Of a DNA stretch of 64,000 nt, positions 1-13,317 are shown one piece after another. How positions within the stretch are numbered: position 1 is the stretch's first letter; every line of letters starts with the position of its first letter. The notes beneath the pieces are model-generated. The model was not told the origin of the DNA. It did no database searches and was given only the letters and a program-made list of their open reading frames with translations. The stretch lies in assembly GCA_951406725.2 (NCBI GenBank), contig OX597823.1, positions 74,028,001-74,092,000 of the forward strand, read 5' to 3'. The DNA comes from Octopus vulgaris (Eukaryota). The translations under genes and the position numbers were made by a program.

Positions 1-257
1 ATATATATACATATACACATACATAAACACACATACACACACATATATGCACTTATGTCTTATATAACTTTTTGTTCATAAACCTCTTTGCACATGCACT
101 CATATATGTATGTTTATTTGTGTGTGTGTATGTGTGTGTGTGTATGTGTGTAGGTATGTGTCTATATATATATATATATACGTGACAATTATAAATTCCT
201 CTATTTACATAATATCGAGGTCTCAATCATTCTTTTGTTGTCATACAATTACTACTA

Positions 258-291
<34 letters not shown>

Positions 292-933
292 ATATACAGA
301 CATGCATAGACACAGTAAGTAATCTATATAGTGATTCTGTTGCACACTTATAAGCAATCATACAATCCTTTACAACATCATACTTACAGACAGTTGGACA
401 AAACACGTCCATATAGATAGTTGCAAAGGAAGACAAATCTTCACTGATCAAGAGTAAAACAAAAAAATATAAAAAAAATAAACACAAGAAACAAACAAAC
501 AACCACCAAATCAATTAAAATTGATTACAAAAGAATAAATGTGTCTTATCTTATTTCCTGCTGTGTTTTTTTCCCTTTAATGATTTTGTTTGGTTGTGCC
601 GCTGTTATGGAAGGAGGTTTCTTAGATTCTGTTAATTATTTGATTAGAATTACATATAGTTAAAAGAACAACAACAACAACAACAACAAAAATGCTTTCC
701 AAACAATAGATGTTATTCAAAAATTCATACAAGATATAAATTCAGTAAATAGGTAAATAAGCCATATCATTTACACCCCCACCACTCTCAGTTCATTGGT
801 TTCTGTGTTCCGCCACATTTATCTCAGCTCATCTCACATCGCTGCCATTTATTACAAACTTAATTTGCCAGAAACTTATATATAATTTTATAACTTTTCT
901 GTCAGCTGTGGTGATAGTGATATATTATTAGTG

Positions 934-1550
934 CTTGACAGTACGGTTTTGCTTGGAGAACATGAATAACTCTATTGTTAGAACAGCTGACAGAATGGTT
1001 GTTAAGTTTGGCAGTGTCAATATTGTCCTTGGTACTTTGCTTGTATACATGGAAATAAAAAAACAAACCAACAAACATCCTTTATAGAATCTTTCAATCT
1101 AGAAATAATAACCAATAGGTACGGGCATGGCTGTGTGGTAAGAAGCTTGCTTCCCAAGCACGTGGTTCTGGGTTCAGTTCTGCTGTGTGACATTTTGGGC
1201 AAATGTCTTCTACTATAGCGTCAGGCCAACCAAAGCCTTGACAGTATGGTTTTGCTTGGAGAACATGAATAACTGTATTGTTAGAACAGCTGACAGAATG
1301 GTTGTTAAGTTTGGCAGTGTCAATATTGTCCTTGGTACTTTGCTTGTATACATGGAAATAAAAAACAAACCAACAAACAAACAAACATCCTTTATACAAT
1401 CTTTCAATCTAGAAATAATAACCAATAGGTACAGGCATGGCTGTGTGGTAAGAAGCTTGCTTCCCAAGCACGTGGTTCTGGGTTCAGTTCTGCTGTGTGA
1501 CATTTTGGGCAAATGTCTTCTACTATAGTGTCAGGCCAACCAAAGCCTTG
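934..1550 (+). repeat. Tandem duplication of about 303-310 bp that includes the 5' part of a SINE
   Basis: Copy 1 at 934-1236 and copy 2 at 1237-1550 are nearly identical; CTTG microhomology at the junctions. Confidence 0.95.
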
Positions 1551-1614
1551 TGAGTGGATTTGGTAGATGGAAACTGAAACAAATCTGTCACACACATATA
1601 TACATGTGTGTGTG

Positions 1615-1648
<34 letters not shown>

Positions 1649-1900
1649 CATGTGTGTTTGTGTGTGTGTGTGTATATATATGTATATGCCTTTGTGTCTG
1701 TGTTTGCCCTTTCACCACCGCTTGACAACTGTTGTTGGTGTATTCATGTCCCTGTAACTTAGCAGTTCAGCAAAAGAGACCGATAGTATAAGTACCAGGT
1801 TTTAAAAAATAATAATGGGGTAGATTTGTTTGATTAAAACAATTCAAAGTGATGCCCCTGCATGGCCACAGTCAAATGACTGAAACAAGTAAAAGTTAAA
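1428..1900 (+). mobile_element. tRNA-derived SINE, family A (internal microsatellite)
   Basis: A-box-like TGGCTGTGTGG and B-box-like GGTTCAGT, internal (GT)n, conserved 3' end CAGTCAAATGACTGAAACAAGTAAAAG shared with other copies. Confidence 0.9.
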
Positions 1901-2044
1901 AAACAAGAAAGATAACTATTCCCAAGATAACACTGTAGTTGTTTAAATAAAAGACACATTACATAGAACAACATAGACCCTGAATGTTGTTGATCATAGG
2001 TCGCTTAGATCTGGGCTGACCTAGGCTCAAACAAGAATATTATC

Positions 2045-2468
2045 TCTTTTATCTCTTTTATCTCTTTTACTTGTTTCAGTCATTTGACTGCGGCCATGCT
2101 GGAGCACCACCTTTAGTTGAGCAAATCGACCCCAGGACTTATTCTTTGGAAGCCCTAGTACTTATTCCATTGGTCTCTTTTGCCGAACCGCTAAGTTATG
2201 GGGACATAAATACACCAGCATTGGTTGTCAATCGATTTTGGGGGGACAAACACAGATGCACAAACATATACACATACATACATATACATATATATACATA
2301 TATACGATGGGCTTCTTTCAGTTTCCGACTACCAAACCCACTCACAAGGCTTTGGTCAGCCTGAGGCTATAGCAGAAGACACTTGCCCAAGGTGCCATGC
2401 AGTGGGAATGAACATTGAACCATGTGGTTAGTAAGCAAGTTACTTACCACACAGCCACTCCTGTGCCT
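2045..2468 (-). mobile_element. SINE family A
   Basis: Reverse complement of the family-A consensus seen at 29706-30132. Confidence 0.9.
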
Positions 2469-2492
2469 ATGTTTTAATTTTTTTATCATTTC

Positions 2493-2678
2493 CTTGTTTC
2501 AGTCATTAGACTGTGGCTGTGCTGGGACACCACTTTGAAGAATTTTAGCCAAAGAAATTGACACCTGTGCTTAATTCTTTTTTGTCAAAATGCTAAGTTA
2601 CCGGTATGCAAACACACTAACACCTGTTGTCAGGTGGTGATAGGAGACAAACATTGACACAAGGACATGCACATATAG

Positions 2679-2739
<61 letters not shown>

Positions 2740-2890
2740 GCTTCTTTCAGTTTCTGTCTACTAAATTCACTCATAAGGTTTTGGTTGACCCAAGGCTATA
2801 GTAGAAAACATTTGCCCAAGGTGCCACACAGTGGACTGAACCTGGAATTATGTGGTTGGCATGCAAACTTTTTACCACTCAGTCATGCCT
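2493..2890 (-). mobile_element. SINE family A (older copy)
   Basis: Same head, body and tail blocks with internal (TA)n. Confidence 0.85.
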
Positions 2891-4577
2891 GGATAATCTT
2901 GATAAAATAGTCCTAGAAAGTGTGAAGGTAGTGCTCATAACCTATTATAGGGTGTGTGAGGCTGATGGGAAGGAGAAATGATGGTATTGTCAAAGCAGAA
3001 ACCTGTCAGGAATGCTTGGAAAGACTGAACTCTTCTAAAGTAGCCAGGGTGCCAGGGGATGGTGTTAAAATGGGCAACAGGTTAAGTGTATCAGCTGAGT
3101 AGGCCATGATGAGATTTGAACTCAGAATGCAAAGAAGCAGAACAATTATTGCAAGGTATCAATTCCAATGTTATTACAACCTATCTACCTATCTACTACT
3201 TTGGATTTTTACTTTTTTTTTTATTAATCCTGTAAAGTTAAAAGGCAAAAATTACCCATGGCAGAATTTGAACTCAAAGCCCTGAGTTACTACAAATTTT
3301 ATGAAACATTCTGTGTGACACTGTACCAAATCAACTAAGTATGACAAAAAAAAAAAAAAAAAGAAAAAACCTCCCAAAAATCTTCCAAAAATATAGTGGT
3401 CATTATTAAAATGATTTGACTACAGGTCACAGCTTGGTTAGAGCTGATCTGATGCTAGGCAACAAGTACAACAATTAAATGTCAAAATAGCCCAGTCCAA
3501 TCAGTTGTAAAATAGGTACAACATCAGTGGTAGTAGCAGTAGCAATGACATTAGTTAGACTCATACTCAGATAATTTGCTTTTATAACACTGTATGATGA
3601 TGATAGGCCAACAAAGGGAGCAGCCAAGTAGTTGCTTGACCTGCTAGAAATACTAATCAAATTTCTCACAGACCACACATTACCATAGCAAGATAGGGGT
3701 TTATCGTTGGCTGTCTTTAGCAACAATAACAATTACATGAAAATGAAGACCTCAGTGGTGAGCTATGGCTCAGTGGTTTATGGGACTCATCTCAACTCAC
3801 ATCAGTAGTTTTGCTTTAAATGTAAAAAGAAGAGAAAGATGATAGGGTGATATCTGTCTCTCTTTTGTGTTTTGTTTTAGTTCTCACATAAATTTGCTCC
3901 TAAGCAACTCCAGCTTTAAACATTAAAAACCTTCCATAATACCTTTCCATCAGTACTTAATCTACAACCTAATTATCATCCAATATAGCTCCACCAATCT
4001 CTGAAAAAAAAAACAAAGTTATCAGACCCTATATAAAACCAAGATGAACTCAAATGTACCACACTCCAATGAAAGCCAGGAGGCTGATACTTTGAAGTCA
4101 CTGTCATCTTTCTTCTTCTAAAAGTATAATAAATATGGACTGTAAAAGGGTATTCAGTAATTCTTCAGTTTAATGTAAAATATTTTTTGGTCATAATTTG
4201 ACTTAAAAACTAGCAATACACACACGCACACACAGCATGGCTGTGTAGTTGAGAAGCTTATCAACCGTCTGGTCTTGGATTCAGTCCTAATGTGTGGCAT
4301 CTTGCCATATACATATATATACACACTCATACATATTATGTTTCTACTTGCAGTTACCAAATTGCTACATTCCTAGACACACAGTCATATGCTTTGGTGT
4401 TTGGTTTTAATACATTTCTTGCCTTGGTCCTGGAAACTACATTGACTATTATTGTTGTTGACAAACGTGGACTTAACCTTGATATCCGAACACAGGTATA
4501 GTATTCATTATCATTATTATTATCAGTATTCTTATCATCTTTGTCATTATTCTGCTGTCATCATTCTGTCAGCATCA

Positions 4578-4935
4578 TTACCTCTACCTTTGAAAGCAGA
4601 GTAATTGTTTTCATTCATGTTTGTTTGTTTGTTAGTTCGTCCATAGATAAGATATCTCAAGAACCATTGGATGGCTTCTGATGAAGCTTTCAAGGATGTT
4701 TGGCCTTGCTACTGGCACGAACTGATTAGATTTTGGGATTGATCAGGTGCTGGAAAAGGATTCTGGATTATTTTTTCCATTTTGAGAGCAGTCGTGTTCA
4801 TTTTAAGTATTCTTGTTTGTGAGAGAAATCAAGTTTATTTCAGATATTCTCACTTTAAAAATCATCTCTGGCTAATCGTTAAGTGGACGTTGGTGTTGCC
4901 ATGGCAGAGGTTTGCACTCTCTGAGTGCTCTTGTT
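4578..4935 (+). mobile_element. Non-autonomous Helentron-associated element (HINE/DINE-1-like)
   Basis: Subterminal inverted repeat ACCTCTACC (4580-4588) / GGCAGAGGT (4903-4911), internal (GTTT)n, 3' hairpin GCACTC-tct-GAGTGC (4914-4928), T-rich ends. Confidence 0.7.
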
Positions 4936-5376
4936 ATTGTTGAAGTCATATTCTCCTACAATTACAACAGCTGCTCCTGTTTTAATGAGATGACAGAAGG
5001 TGGAAAGTTAATGATTTCTGATCATAAAATTTCATTTCATTTTATTGAAGAAACTTCTTTTGTTACAAGTGGTACTTATATTTTCCCACTTGGTGTTCCT
5101 GATCTTTTCCATATGGCATTGTGTTGTTTAGGTTTTTGATTACTGGTTCTTGAAAGGTTTCCTTATCAATGAAGCAGAATTCTCTCTGAAGGTTGATATG
5201 AATTTCTTAGATTCTTAGATTTTGTATAATGAGCAACTGAAACCTATTTTGTTGATGAAATAACATGTAAGATGTTGGAGAGTTTAGTGTTAAATTCTAG
5301 GTTAAGTGGGTGAAGATGAAGTAGGTTGTATAGGTGGTAAAAGTAGATCGTATAGACGATAGAAAGGCAGGCATTC

Positions 5377-5555
5377 TATTGGGTTGTCCAGAAAGTTTAT
5401 GCTGATTTATAGTGGCTTACCTTTCAACTTATTTTAGAACATGGTTGAGTCCACAAAATAGGATTTGACTACACCTTCATTTAGAGCACAGTCTAAGCTA
5501 TGTTTTCGTGGAAGAAGGTTAATGTTCCTATAACCTGTGTTGATTCTGTAACTCT
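5377..5555 (+). mobile_element. Mariner-type MITE fragment
   Basis: TA followed by TTGGGTTGTCCAGAAAGTT resembles a mariner TIR; partner TIR not found. Confidence 0.35.
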
Positions 5556-6189
5556 TTAAAATGGAAGATATTAGTTGTGGGTCTATATGATGTACTGTAG
5601 AGCTTTTGATAAATGTAGAGATTCATATATCAGAAACTCTGTCCATAAACTGCATGTAGATGTTAAATATGACACTTGTGTACACATACCTTTCCTGGAG
5701 AAATATCTAAACCAGAATATTATGGTCACCATCAGAGACAGTGGACAGAAATTGAAAATTTGAGGATTAAAGTAGCTATCTATATTAAACACATTTGATC
5801 CTTCCATCAACAACAGACAGAAGTTGCACAAAGTTAATCAACTAATATAACACTCTAATCTGTACATATCATAACCACCATCCACCTATATCTAAGTTTG
5901 TTTTCCATTTTTCTCTTAATAATATATTTAAAATTTGAAATATTGACATATTAGTGTAAACTGTTGCTTTTGTTTACTTTTGTTTTAATTCCATTATTTC
6001 TAACTTTAAATCCAGTTGCTTTCTAAAACAATTTAATTCCATTTCATAATGTTTCCTCTAAACTACACAACTGTAAGATCGTTACACCTGAGCCAGGCTA
6101 AATATATTACAATGAAGAATTTATTCAATCTATTGGAGTAATAGGTAAAGAGTGGCTACCTGGTTAATTTCCTACATCTATGCTTGAAA

Positions 6190-6580
6190 CATTCAGGAAC
6201 ATTCAGCTATTTAAATGCAGAATGCAGAGAACATGCGAAGACTAGAGAAGAATGAAATTTGTAAGCTCTACTGGATGTGCAATGTCAGTATATATGTGCA
6301 ACAGAGCACTAATGTATTGAGAGAAACAATAGACATAATAGGTATTATATGCAGTGTGCAAGAGAGGAGACTGTGCTGGTTTGGTTTCATGGTGCAGTTG
6401 GATGATGACAGTTGCATAAAGTAGTGCTGATCACTAAAAGAGGAGGGAGGTTGTGGAAGAGGGAAACCCAGGAAGACATGGGAATAAGTACTGAAGGTTG
6501 ATCTCAAAATGTTGGGCCTTACAAAAGAGATGACAATGGATCAAGATGTGATGCATTGCTGTACTCAAGAAGACCCACCC
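6190..6580 (+). pseudogene. RTE-clade LINE ORF C-terminal fragment
   Basis: Translates to RRLEKNE..WMCNVS...RRLCWFG....DDSCIK...CGRGKPRKTW, matching the RTE C-terminal RLxWFGHV...RGRPRKTW pattern; contains stops. Confidence 0.8.
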
Positions 6581-6629
6581 ACCTTGACAAAATTGAGATC
6601 CTAAAACCAAGATGTCTCATAAAAAAAAA

Positions 6630-6868
6630 AGCATTAGTGTAGGTGCTGATGCCATGTAAAAAGCACAGGTGATGGTGCCACATAAAAAGCACCCACTACA
6701 CTCTGCAAAGTGGTTAGCATTAGGGAGAGCATCCAGCTGTAGAAACCAAGCCAAAACCGACTATGGAACCAGGTGCAACGCTAGCCTTGTCGTTTCTTGT
6801 CAAGCTGTCCAACCCAACTCATGCTAGCATGGAAAATGGACATTAAATGATGACAATGATGATAATGA
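6630..6868 (+). mobile_element. SINE/RTE-related repeat, family E, with (ATG)n tail
   Basis: GCATTAGG..GCATCCAGCTGTAGAAAC block and CATGCTAGCATGGAAAA..GGAC.TTAAA(ATG)n end; reverse copy at 14697-15068. Confidence 0.75.
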
Positions 6869-7547
6869 AGTTTAAAATCTCCCTAAATTACACTGAGAAG
6901 TTTGTGTCACCTAACATTTTTTAAAATTATGAAAATATGATCTGGTTAAAGAAATTTATTGGTAAATAAATTTTTGGAGACTCCAAGTACATTTTCAACC
7001 TTCCTTTTTTGCATATTTCTAATTGAGTTGGAAGACCCCCATTTTCTTGTATGCATATGTATGCATGTGTGTGTGAGAGTGTGTGTGTATGAGTAAATGT
7101 ATCCTCCTCCTCCTTTTCCTTCCTCCTTGTTTTAGCATCCACTTTTCCATGGTCATATGGGTCAGATTGAGTTTGTTGAGGCAGATTTCTTTTAATGGCT
7201 GGATGATTTTGCTGTCACCAACTCACACTTGTTTCCAAGTAAGGTAATATTTCCTCATGGCCAGACACCGTTTCCATGGAAGACTGGAAATAAAGAACAC
7301 TGCTTGTATTATGGTAACTTTCATTTACACCTATTACTTGATGTCAAAACATGGTGACACACACACACACATGCATGTGACAGGTGTCTTTCAGTTTCTG
7401 TCTGTTAAATCCACTCACCAGCCTTTGATTGGCATAGGGCTTTGGTGAAAGATACTAGCCACAGGTGCTATGCTGTAGGATTGAACCTGAAACCATGTGG
7501 CTGGGAAGCAAACTTGTTAACCACACATCTATCCTTGTACTAAATAT

Positions 7548-7710
7548 GCATACATACATACATACATACATACATACATACATACATACATACATACATA
7601 CATACATACATACATACATACATACATACATACATACATACATACATACATACATACATACATACGTACATACATACGTACATACATATATAAATACATA
7701 CATATATATA
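7548..7710. repeat. (CATA)n microsatellite
   Basis: Direct reading. Confidence 0.95.
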
Positions 7711-7814
7711 CAATGAGAAGAAGACAAAGAAAATTCATTAACACGTCTTTAATTATAAGTAACTTATAATTAAAGATGTGTTAATGAAATTTCTTTGTCT
7801 TCTTCTTTTCATTG
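7711..7814. repeat. Near-perfect palindrome (44-bp arms, 1-nt spacer)
   Basis: 7717-7760 is the reverse complement of 7762-7805 with 2 mismatches; CAATGA/TCATTG extension beyond a small bulge. Confidence 0.95.
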
Positions 7815-7906
7815 GATTATTTACTCTTCGTCAAACCTGTATAATTGTTGTGAAACTTGGATTGTCTACAGCTGAAGTATTCCAGCTTTGGCTTAGATCC
7901 TGACAG

Positions 7907-8311
7907 TATATATTTATCTATCATGGTAACGTGTGCTGAGGAGGGTGAGGCTATTATGCCAGTCCAGAAACCAGTCCCCGTAATTCCAAATACTTGAATG
8001 TATGCTGGAAGATTACCCGAGCTCATTTGCCTTCAGACAGTTGATTTCTGTAGTTGTTATCAGTGTGTTTTGGTGATTTAAATAAGAGTTTTGACTGTTA
8101 TTTCCAGCTGGTAGACATACCTGGTATATCCTTTAATTGATTTTAATCCTTCAGCTATTTAATGCATTTTTGGAGCCTGCAATTGCCTATATTATTGATT
8201 CTGTTAGTATCATTTTTAAATTGTTATACTAGATAATAATAGAGTCAATGATATCTTTGCAAATTATTTCTCGTGAACTATTTGCTCTGTATTGACAGTA
8301 TTTATATATAC

Positions 8312-8342
<31 letters not shown>

Positions 8343-8390
8343 ATAGCCTCACCTTCGTCAGCACGCGTTACCATGATAGATAAATATATA
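7907..8390 (+). mobile_element. Penelope-like terminal remnant with hammerhead-like motif and an inverted 50-bp copy
   Basis: 7907-7956 is inverted at 8341-8390 (3 mismatches) inside (TA)n; CTGAGGA 7936-7942 ... GAAA-CCAG-TC 7967-7976. Confidence 0.5.
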
Positions 8391-8429
8391 TATATATATA
8401 CATAGTGTGTGTGTATGTCTTATTCGTTA

Positions 8430-8620
8430 TGTTTGCTTCCCAAACCACACATAGTTTTGGATTCAGTCCCACTGCATATCACCTTGAGCAAGTGTCTTTC
8501 ACTATAACCCTTGACTGACCAAAGTCTTGTGAGTAGATTTAGAAGATGAGAAATGAAAGAAATCCAGCATGTATGTATATGTGTGTATGAGTGTGTGTGT
8601 GTATGAGTGTGTGTGTGTGT

Positions 8621-8653
<33 letters not shown>

Positions 8654-8720
8654 AGTGTATGTATGTGTACATGTTTAAATGTACGTGTGTATTAGTGTCT
8701 CCTTATCTTGACATCACATG
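8430..8720 (+). mobile_element. SINE family A, partial
   Basis: Head and body match, internal (GT)n. Confidence 0.75.
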
Positions 8721-8986
8721 TAATATCTTTAGGGAAGTCCCCCACACCATGAGTAGTATTTTTGTTTTACCTTAAGTTAATAAAGCTGCTGAGCCATTGG
8801 TGAATATAGCTATTGATGAAAGATGAAAACACTGATATTATGTGTCTATCCAGTTAGTAAGCTAAATGTATATTTATTCTTTATATTTAACATATGAATA
8901 AAAGTGTAAAATGTATATAATTTTTATCTACTTTTAAATATAGTTTTTAATCAATAAAAAACTGAAATATCTTTTCTATCTTTCAG

Positions 8987-9100
8987 TTTATTGTATATGG
9001 TGGCTACTTTGGTGTTCTGGCATTACCATTTCTTGCACGGATGCTTTACTGCTTCTTCGTTAAAAGACGTAGCATGGCTTTCAAAAATGAAAATACCTAA
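8987..9100 (+). CDS. Probable 3'-terminal coding exon of an unidentified membrane protein (FIVYGGYFGVLALPFLARMLYCFFVKRRSMAFKNENT*)
   Basis: Strong acceptor (cttttctatctttcag|, AG at 8985-8986); 37 open codons ending in TAA 9098-9100; hydrophobic TM-like run followed by KRR (positive-inside pattern); followed by AU-rich unique sequence. No upstream exon identified in the window. Confidence 0.6.
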   Translation, partial: FIVYGGYFGVLALPFLARMLYCFFVKRRSMAFKNENT

Positions 9101-10179
9101 AACCAAAAAGAAACCCTCTACAATGATATAATACAAACACATACATACATCCTATATACAACCACACACACACAAACAGCAGAGACATCAAATTTTTATC
9201 AAATAACTAATGTTCTTTGCTCAGAGATATGGATGACAATATATGAATTTTTAAAAAATTGCTTTTGTTTTAAATCTTTTTAAGTTTTAAAATTTTCAAT
9301 TTGGTAAAAAAAAACCCCGAAGAATATTTTTATAAAGTGAAATGTTAGAATGTGATAAGCAGATGCAGATGCATGACATTTGATTCAATGGTGCTAAGTC
9401 TGTGGGAGATAAGATGCTGGACTACTGAGTGTGTTCTTTGAAGTTCATTGTGCCATATTTGTGAGCACAACACTCTGCTTTAGTTTGCTTGTCTGACAAA
9501 AATAGACTCCATTTGTACTTCACAATTGTGTGGTTAAGTGTTGTGGGACATCTATTTGTAACACCAATGGTTTACAATTTATATTATCATATAATTTAAT
9601 ATTTAATAATGGAAAAATTTTTAAAAAGTAGAAGACAGATATATGAATTGAAATTCACCATCAATTTATTTTTTTTATCCATTTCAATTTTGAATCCAAT
9701 TTTTAAAAAATTAATTCAGATCTGATTTTAAATTATATTATCAAGTAAGCAATATACGTTTGATTGAAATCCTCTGTCAATTTCCTGATTTTGCTAATGA
9801 AACTTGTATGTTTTACCAACAAAAAACAAGAAACGAATCAATTGGTAATACCTTCACCTCACCACACACATGCATACTTACACACACGTGCACACATACA
9901 CACACACACACACACACAAGAAATTAAATAATGTTCCAATATATACTTAGTGGAACTTGAAATGACTACAGATGCTTTGTTAATGTGCTGCGAGCAAAGA
10001 GATAATCCTCCTCATAGCATAATATGCAGTAAACTCCTTCCATTCCAGGACAACTGGGACCAGGAGGCTGCTGCATAACTGAATTTTCCAGATATTTGAT
10101 TATCACCTTTTAAATTACCATAACACCTTACAAAACTCATTAAAATTCTCTATATACATCAGTATTATCATTAGTGTTA

Positions 10180-10365
10180 GAGCAGCAAGCTGGCACAATT
10201 GTTACGGCTCCAGGCAAAATGCTTAGTAGCATTTCGTCCATCTGTACGTTGTGAGTTCAAATACCACCAGAAGTCAATAATATAAGCACCATTTGAGAAC
10301 TGGGGTTAAGGTAATTAACTTACTACTTTTCCCGAAATTGCTGGCCTTGTGCCAAAATTTGAAAT
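10180..10365 (+). mobile_element. SINE family B, old copy
   Basis: Head ...GCTGGCACAATTGTTA...GAGTTCAAAT and tail GCTGGCCTTGTGCCAAAATTTGAAA. Confidence 0.7.
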
Positions 10366-10474
10366 CAGTAGTATCATTATTATTATCATTAATATTCTGA
10401 ATATAGCAGCAATGAGAGAAACAGGAATAAATGGAAATATAATTCAAATAAAGAACAAATTATATTTACCTAAA

Positions 10475-10865
10475 GGTGCAGGAGTGGCTGTGTGGTAGTA
10501 GCTTGCTTACCAACCACATAGTTCTGGGTTCAGTCCCACTGCATGGCACCTTGGCCAAGTGTCTTCTACTATAGCCTCAGGCCAACCAAAGCCTTGTGAG
10601 GATTTGGTAGATGGAAACTGAAAGAAGCCCATTGTACATATGTATATATATATATATATGTATATGTGTGCCTGTGTTTGTCCCACAACATCGCTTGACA
10701 ACTGATGCTGGTGTGTTTACATCCCCAAAACTTAGCGGTTCGGCAAAAGAGACTGATAGAATAAGTACTAGGCTTACAAAGAATAAGTCCTGGGATCAAT
10801 TTTTTCGACTAAAGGTGGTGCTCCAGCATGGCCACAGTCAAGTGACTGAAACAAGTAAAAGAGAT
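10475..10865 (+). mobile_element. SINE family A, full length
   Basis: Complete head-microsatellite-tail; many CpG converted to TpG/CpA. Confidence 0.92.
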
Positions 10866-10984
10866 TGTAAAAGAGTAGTAAAATACAGTAACTGTAATTG
10901 CTGTAAAATAATATACTGTAGTTTGGGAAGCAATGCTCCATTCTGGATATTATAGATACTTTCTTTTAGAAACATTTTATTCTT

Positions 10985-11678
10985 TTTTCTTTTACTTGTT
11001 TCAGTTTTTTCACTGTGGCCATGTTAGAGCACTGCCTTTAGTCTAACAAATCCACCCTAGGACTTATTCTTTTTAAACCTTGTACTTATTCTATCGGTCT
11101 CTTTGGCCAAACTGCTAAGTTACAGGGACATAAACTCACCAACATCGGTTGTCAAGCGATGGTGGGGGCACAAACACAGACACACAAATACATACATACG
11201 TACATATAAGGAGCACCCCGGTGGTTGCAACAATGAGGGTCCCAGCTGTTACCATCAACAGAACAGCTTGCTCGTGAAATTAATGCGCAAGTGGCTGAGC
11301 AATCCACAAACACATGTACCCTTAAAATAGTTCTTGGGGAGATTCAGTGTGACACAGAGTGTGACAAAGCTGACCCTTTGAAATGCAGGTACTACTCATT
11401 TTTGCCAGCTGAGTGTACTGGAGCAATGTGAAATAAAGTGTCTTGCTCAAGGGCACAATGCACCGCCAGGAATTGAACTCACGACCTTACAATCATGAGC
11501 CAAATGCCCTAACCACTAAGCCACATGCCTATATATAAAATATATATATATATATATATAAATGATAGGCTTCTTTCAGTTTCCATCTACCAAATCCACT
11601 CACAAAGCTTTGATTGACCTGTCCAAGGTGCCACATGGTTAGGAAGCAAGCTTCTTACCACACAGCCACTCCTCCACC
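10985..11678 (-). mobile_element. SINE family A with a family-C SINE nested at about 11210-11530
   Basis: Family-A tail and head halves are separated by a complete second tRNA-headed SINE inside the internal microsatellite. Confidence 0.88.
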
Positions 11679-11744
11679 TATGAAAACTTTCTTCGCACAA
11701 CAATCAATTAATTAACATAAATTAGCACAAATACTCTTGATTCT

Positions 11745-11990
11745 AATTGGTTTCAAATTTTGGCACAAGATTAGCAAGCTCAGACGAGGGATTAAGTCAA
11801 ATACATCGACCCCAATGCTCAACTGGTGCTTATTTCATTGACTCCAATAAATAAATGAAGGATGAAAGGACTCCAATATATAAAGGATGAAAGGCAAAGT
11901 TGACTTTGGTGGAGATTGAACTCAGAATATAAAGACACGAAATGCTGCTCAGAATTTTGCCCAGAATGCTAATGATTCTGCCAGCTCACC
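11745..11990 (-). mobile_element. SINE family B, old copy
   Basis: AGGATGAAAGGCAAAGTTGAC...GAACTCAGAA...TTCTGCCAGCTCACC. Confidence 0.75.
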
Positions 11991-12639
11991 AATTTGGCTC
12001 TAATTAACAACACATTTTCTTATATTTTCTGTCTGGTGTTGGTTGCTTGAGATCTCTGGTTATTTAAGTACTGGATAAGAAGGAGTTTCTTGATCTTGCT
12101 TTTATTCCTTTTCACATTGTTGACATTGAAAAAAAAAAAAAGAAAGAGGTCTGCGCCTCTCATTTAAAAAATTTTTTTATCAGTTTATGATTTTATTTTT
12201 CTTGCTTTCAAATCTAATGTATTTAATTGTAACCGTCCATCATAAATGATAAATGAGCCAGAAGTCATTTAGTTTAGTAGATATCTTAGCAATCTAGGAT
12301 TAGAATTTGACACGAAGGTGCTTCTTCTGAAATTTGAAAAGTTGCAGGGGCATTTACTAGCCAGTCTTGATAAACTTCTTAAATACATTATGTAGACATT
12401 GGTATATATATACACACATATACACATACACACATGCACACACAGACACTTGTAAATCTAGGAACTTTCAGTTATACACATATACACATTAGCATTATGC
12501 ACATACATGTGCATGTATATGCATGAATGCATCTTGATTTGAATATATGCATGCATGTGTATATATGCAATTAAATATAAATGTGTGTATATTCACATGA
12601 CTCTATACATTAATACTGATATTGTGTGTAGTTCAGTGC

Positions 12640-12683
<44 letters not shown>

Positions 12684-13317
12684 ATAAAGATACAATCACA
12701 CTGATAAGCTGATAAGATGCACATACACACATGCTCTCTCTCTCTCTCTTTCTCTCTTTCACACACACACACTTATATAAAGTTGTCCCTAAAGTCAATA
12801 GGTGAAATTTATTCTGTTCCTTGAATAAATGAATAAATTATAGAGATATTATATATTTATAAACTAATCATGTCTGTTGGCATTTATGAAGCTTGTTTAA
12901 TATGACAAGCATCAATTTCATTTGAGAGTTATAACTGTTTAATAGAAGTGTCAAATTTAGTCATTTCATTTTCTCTATTTCAAGACAATTAATAATCATT
13001 TCTTTCATTACATTGTGTGAAAGTCATTTAAGTTCCTTATGAATAGATTAACATTTAAGCCATAAACCAACATTAAAAAAAAACGTTTATACAGAATTTC
13101 AGACACAATCATAAATTTGTAAGTCTCTTCACTAATTTCTTTAAAATGTTCTTCATCACTTCACTTTTGGTCAAGTTTATTGTTTATTTTACATTGTGTA
13201 CTTTGTGGTCCTGCCTCGGTATGTCTTTCATTATTTGACTAAACTCAGGAGGTCAGTCGACAGAATGGTTAGCATGCTGAGCAAAATGTGTAGAGGTATT
13301 TCGTCCGCCTTTATACT

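Noticed and set aside
7872-7944. Possible upstream exon of the left-hand gene (CAG...GTGAG)
   Set aside because: Weak polypyrimidine tract, and the segment overlaps the PLE-like inverted repeat
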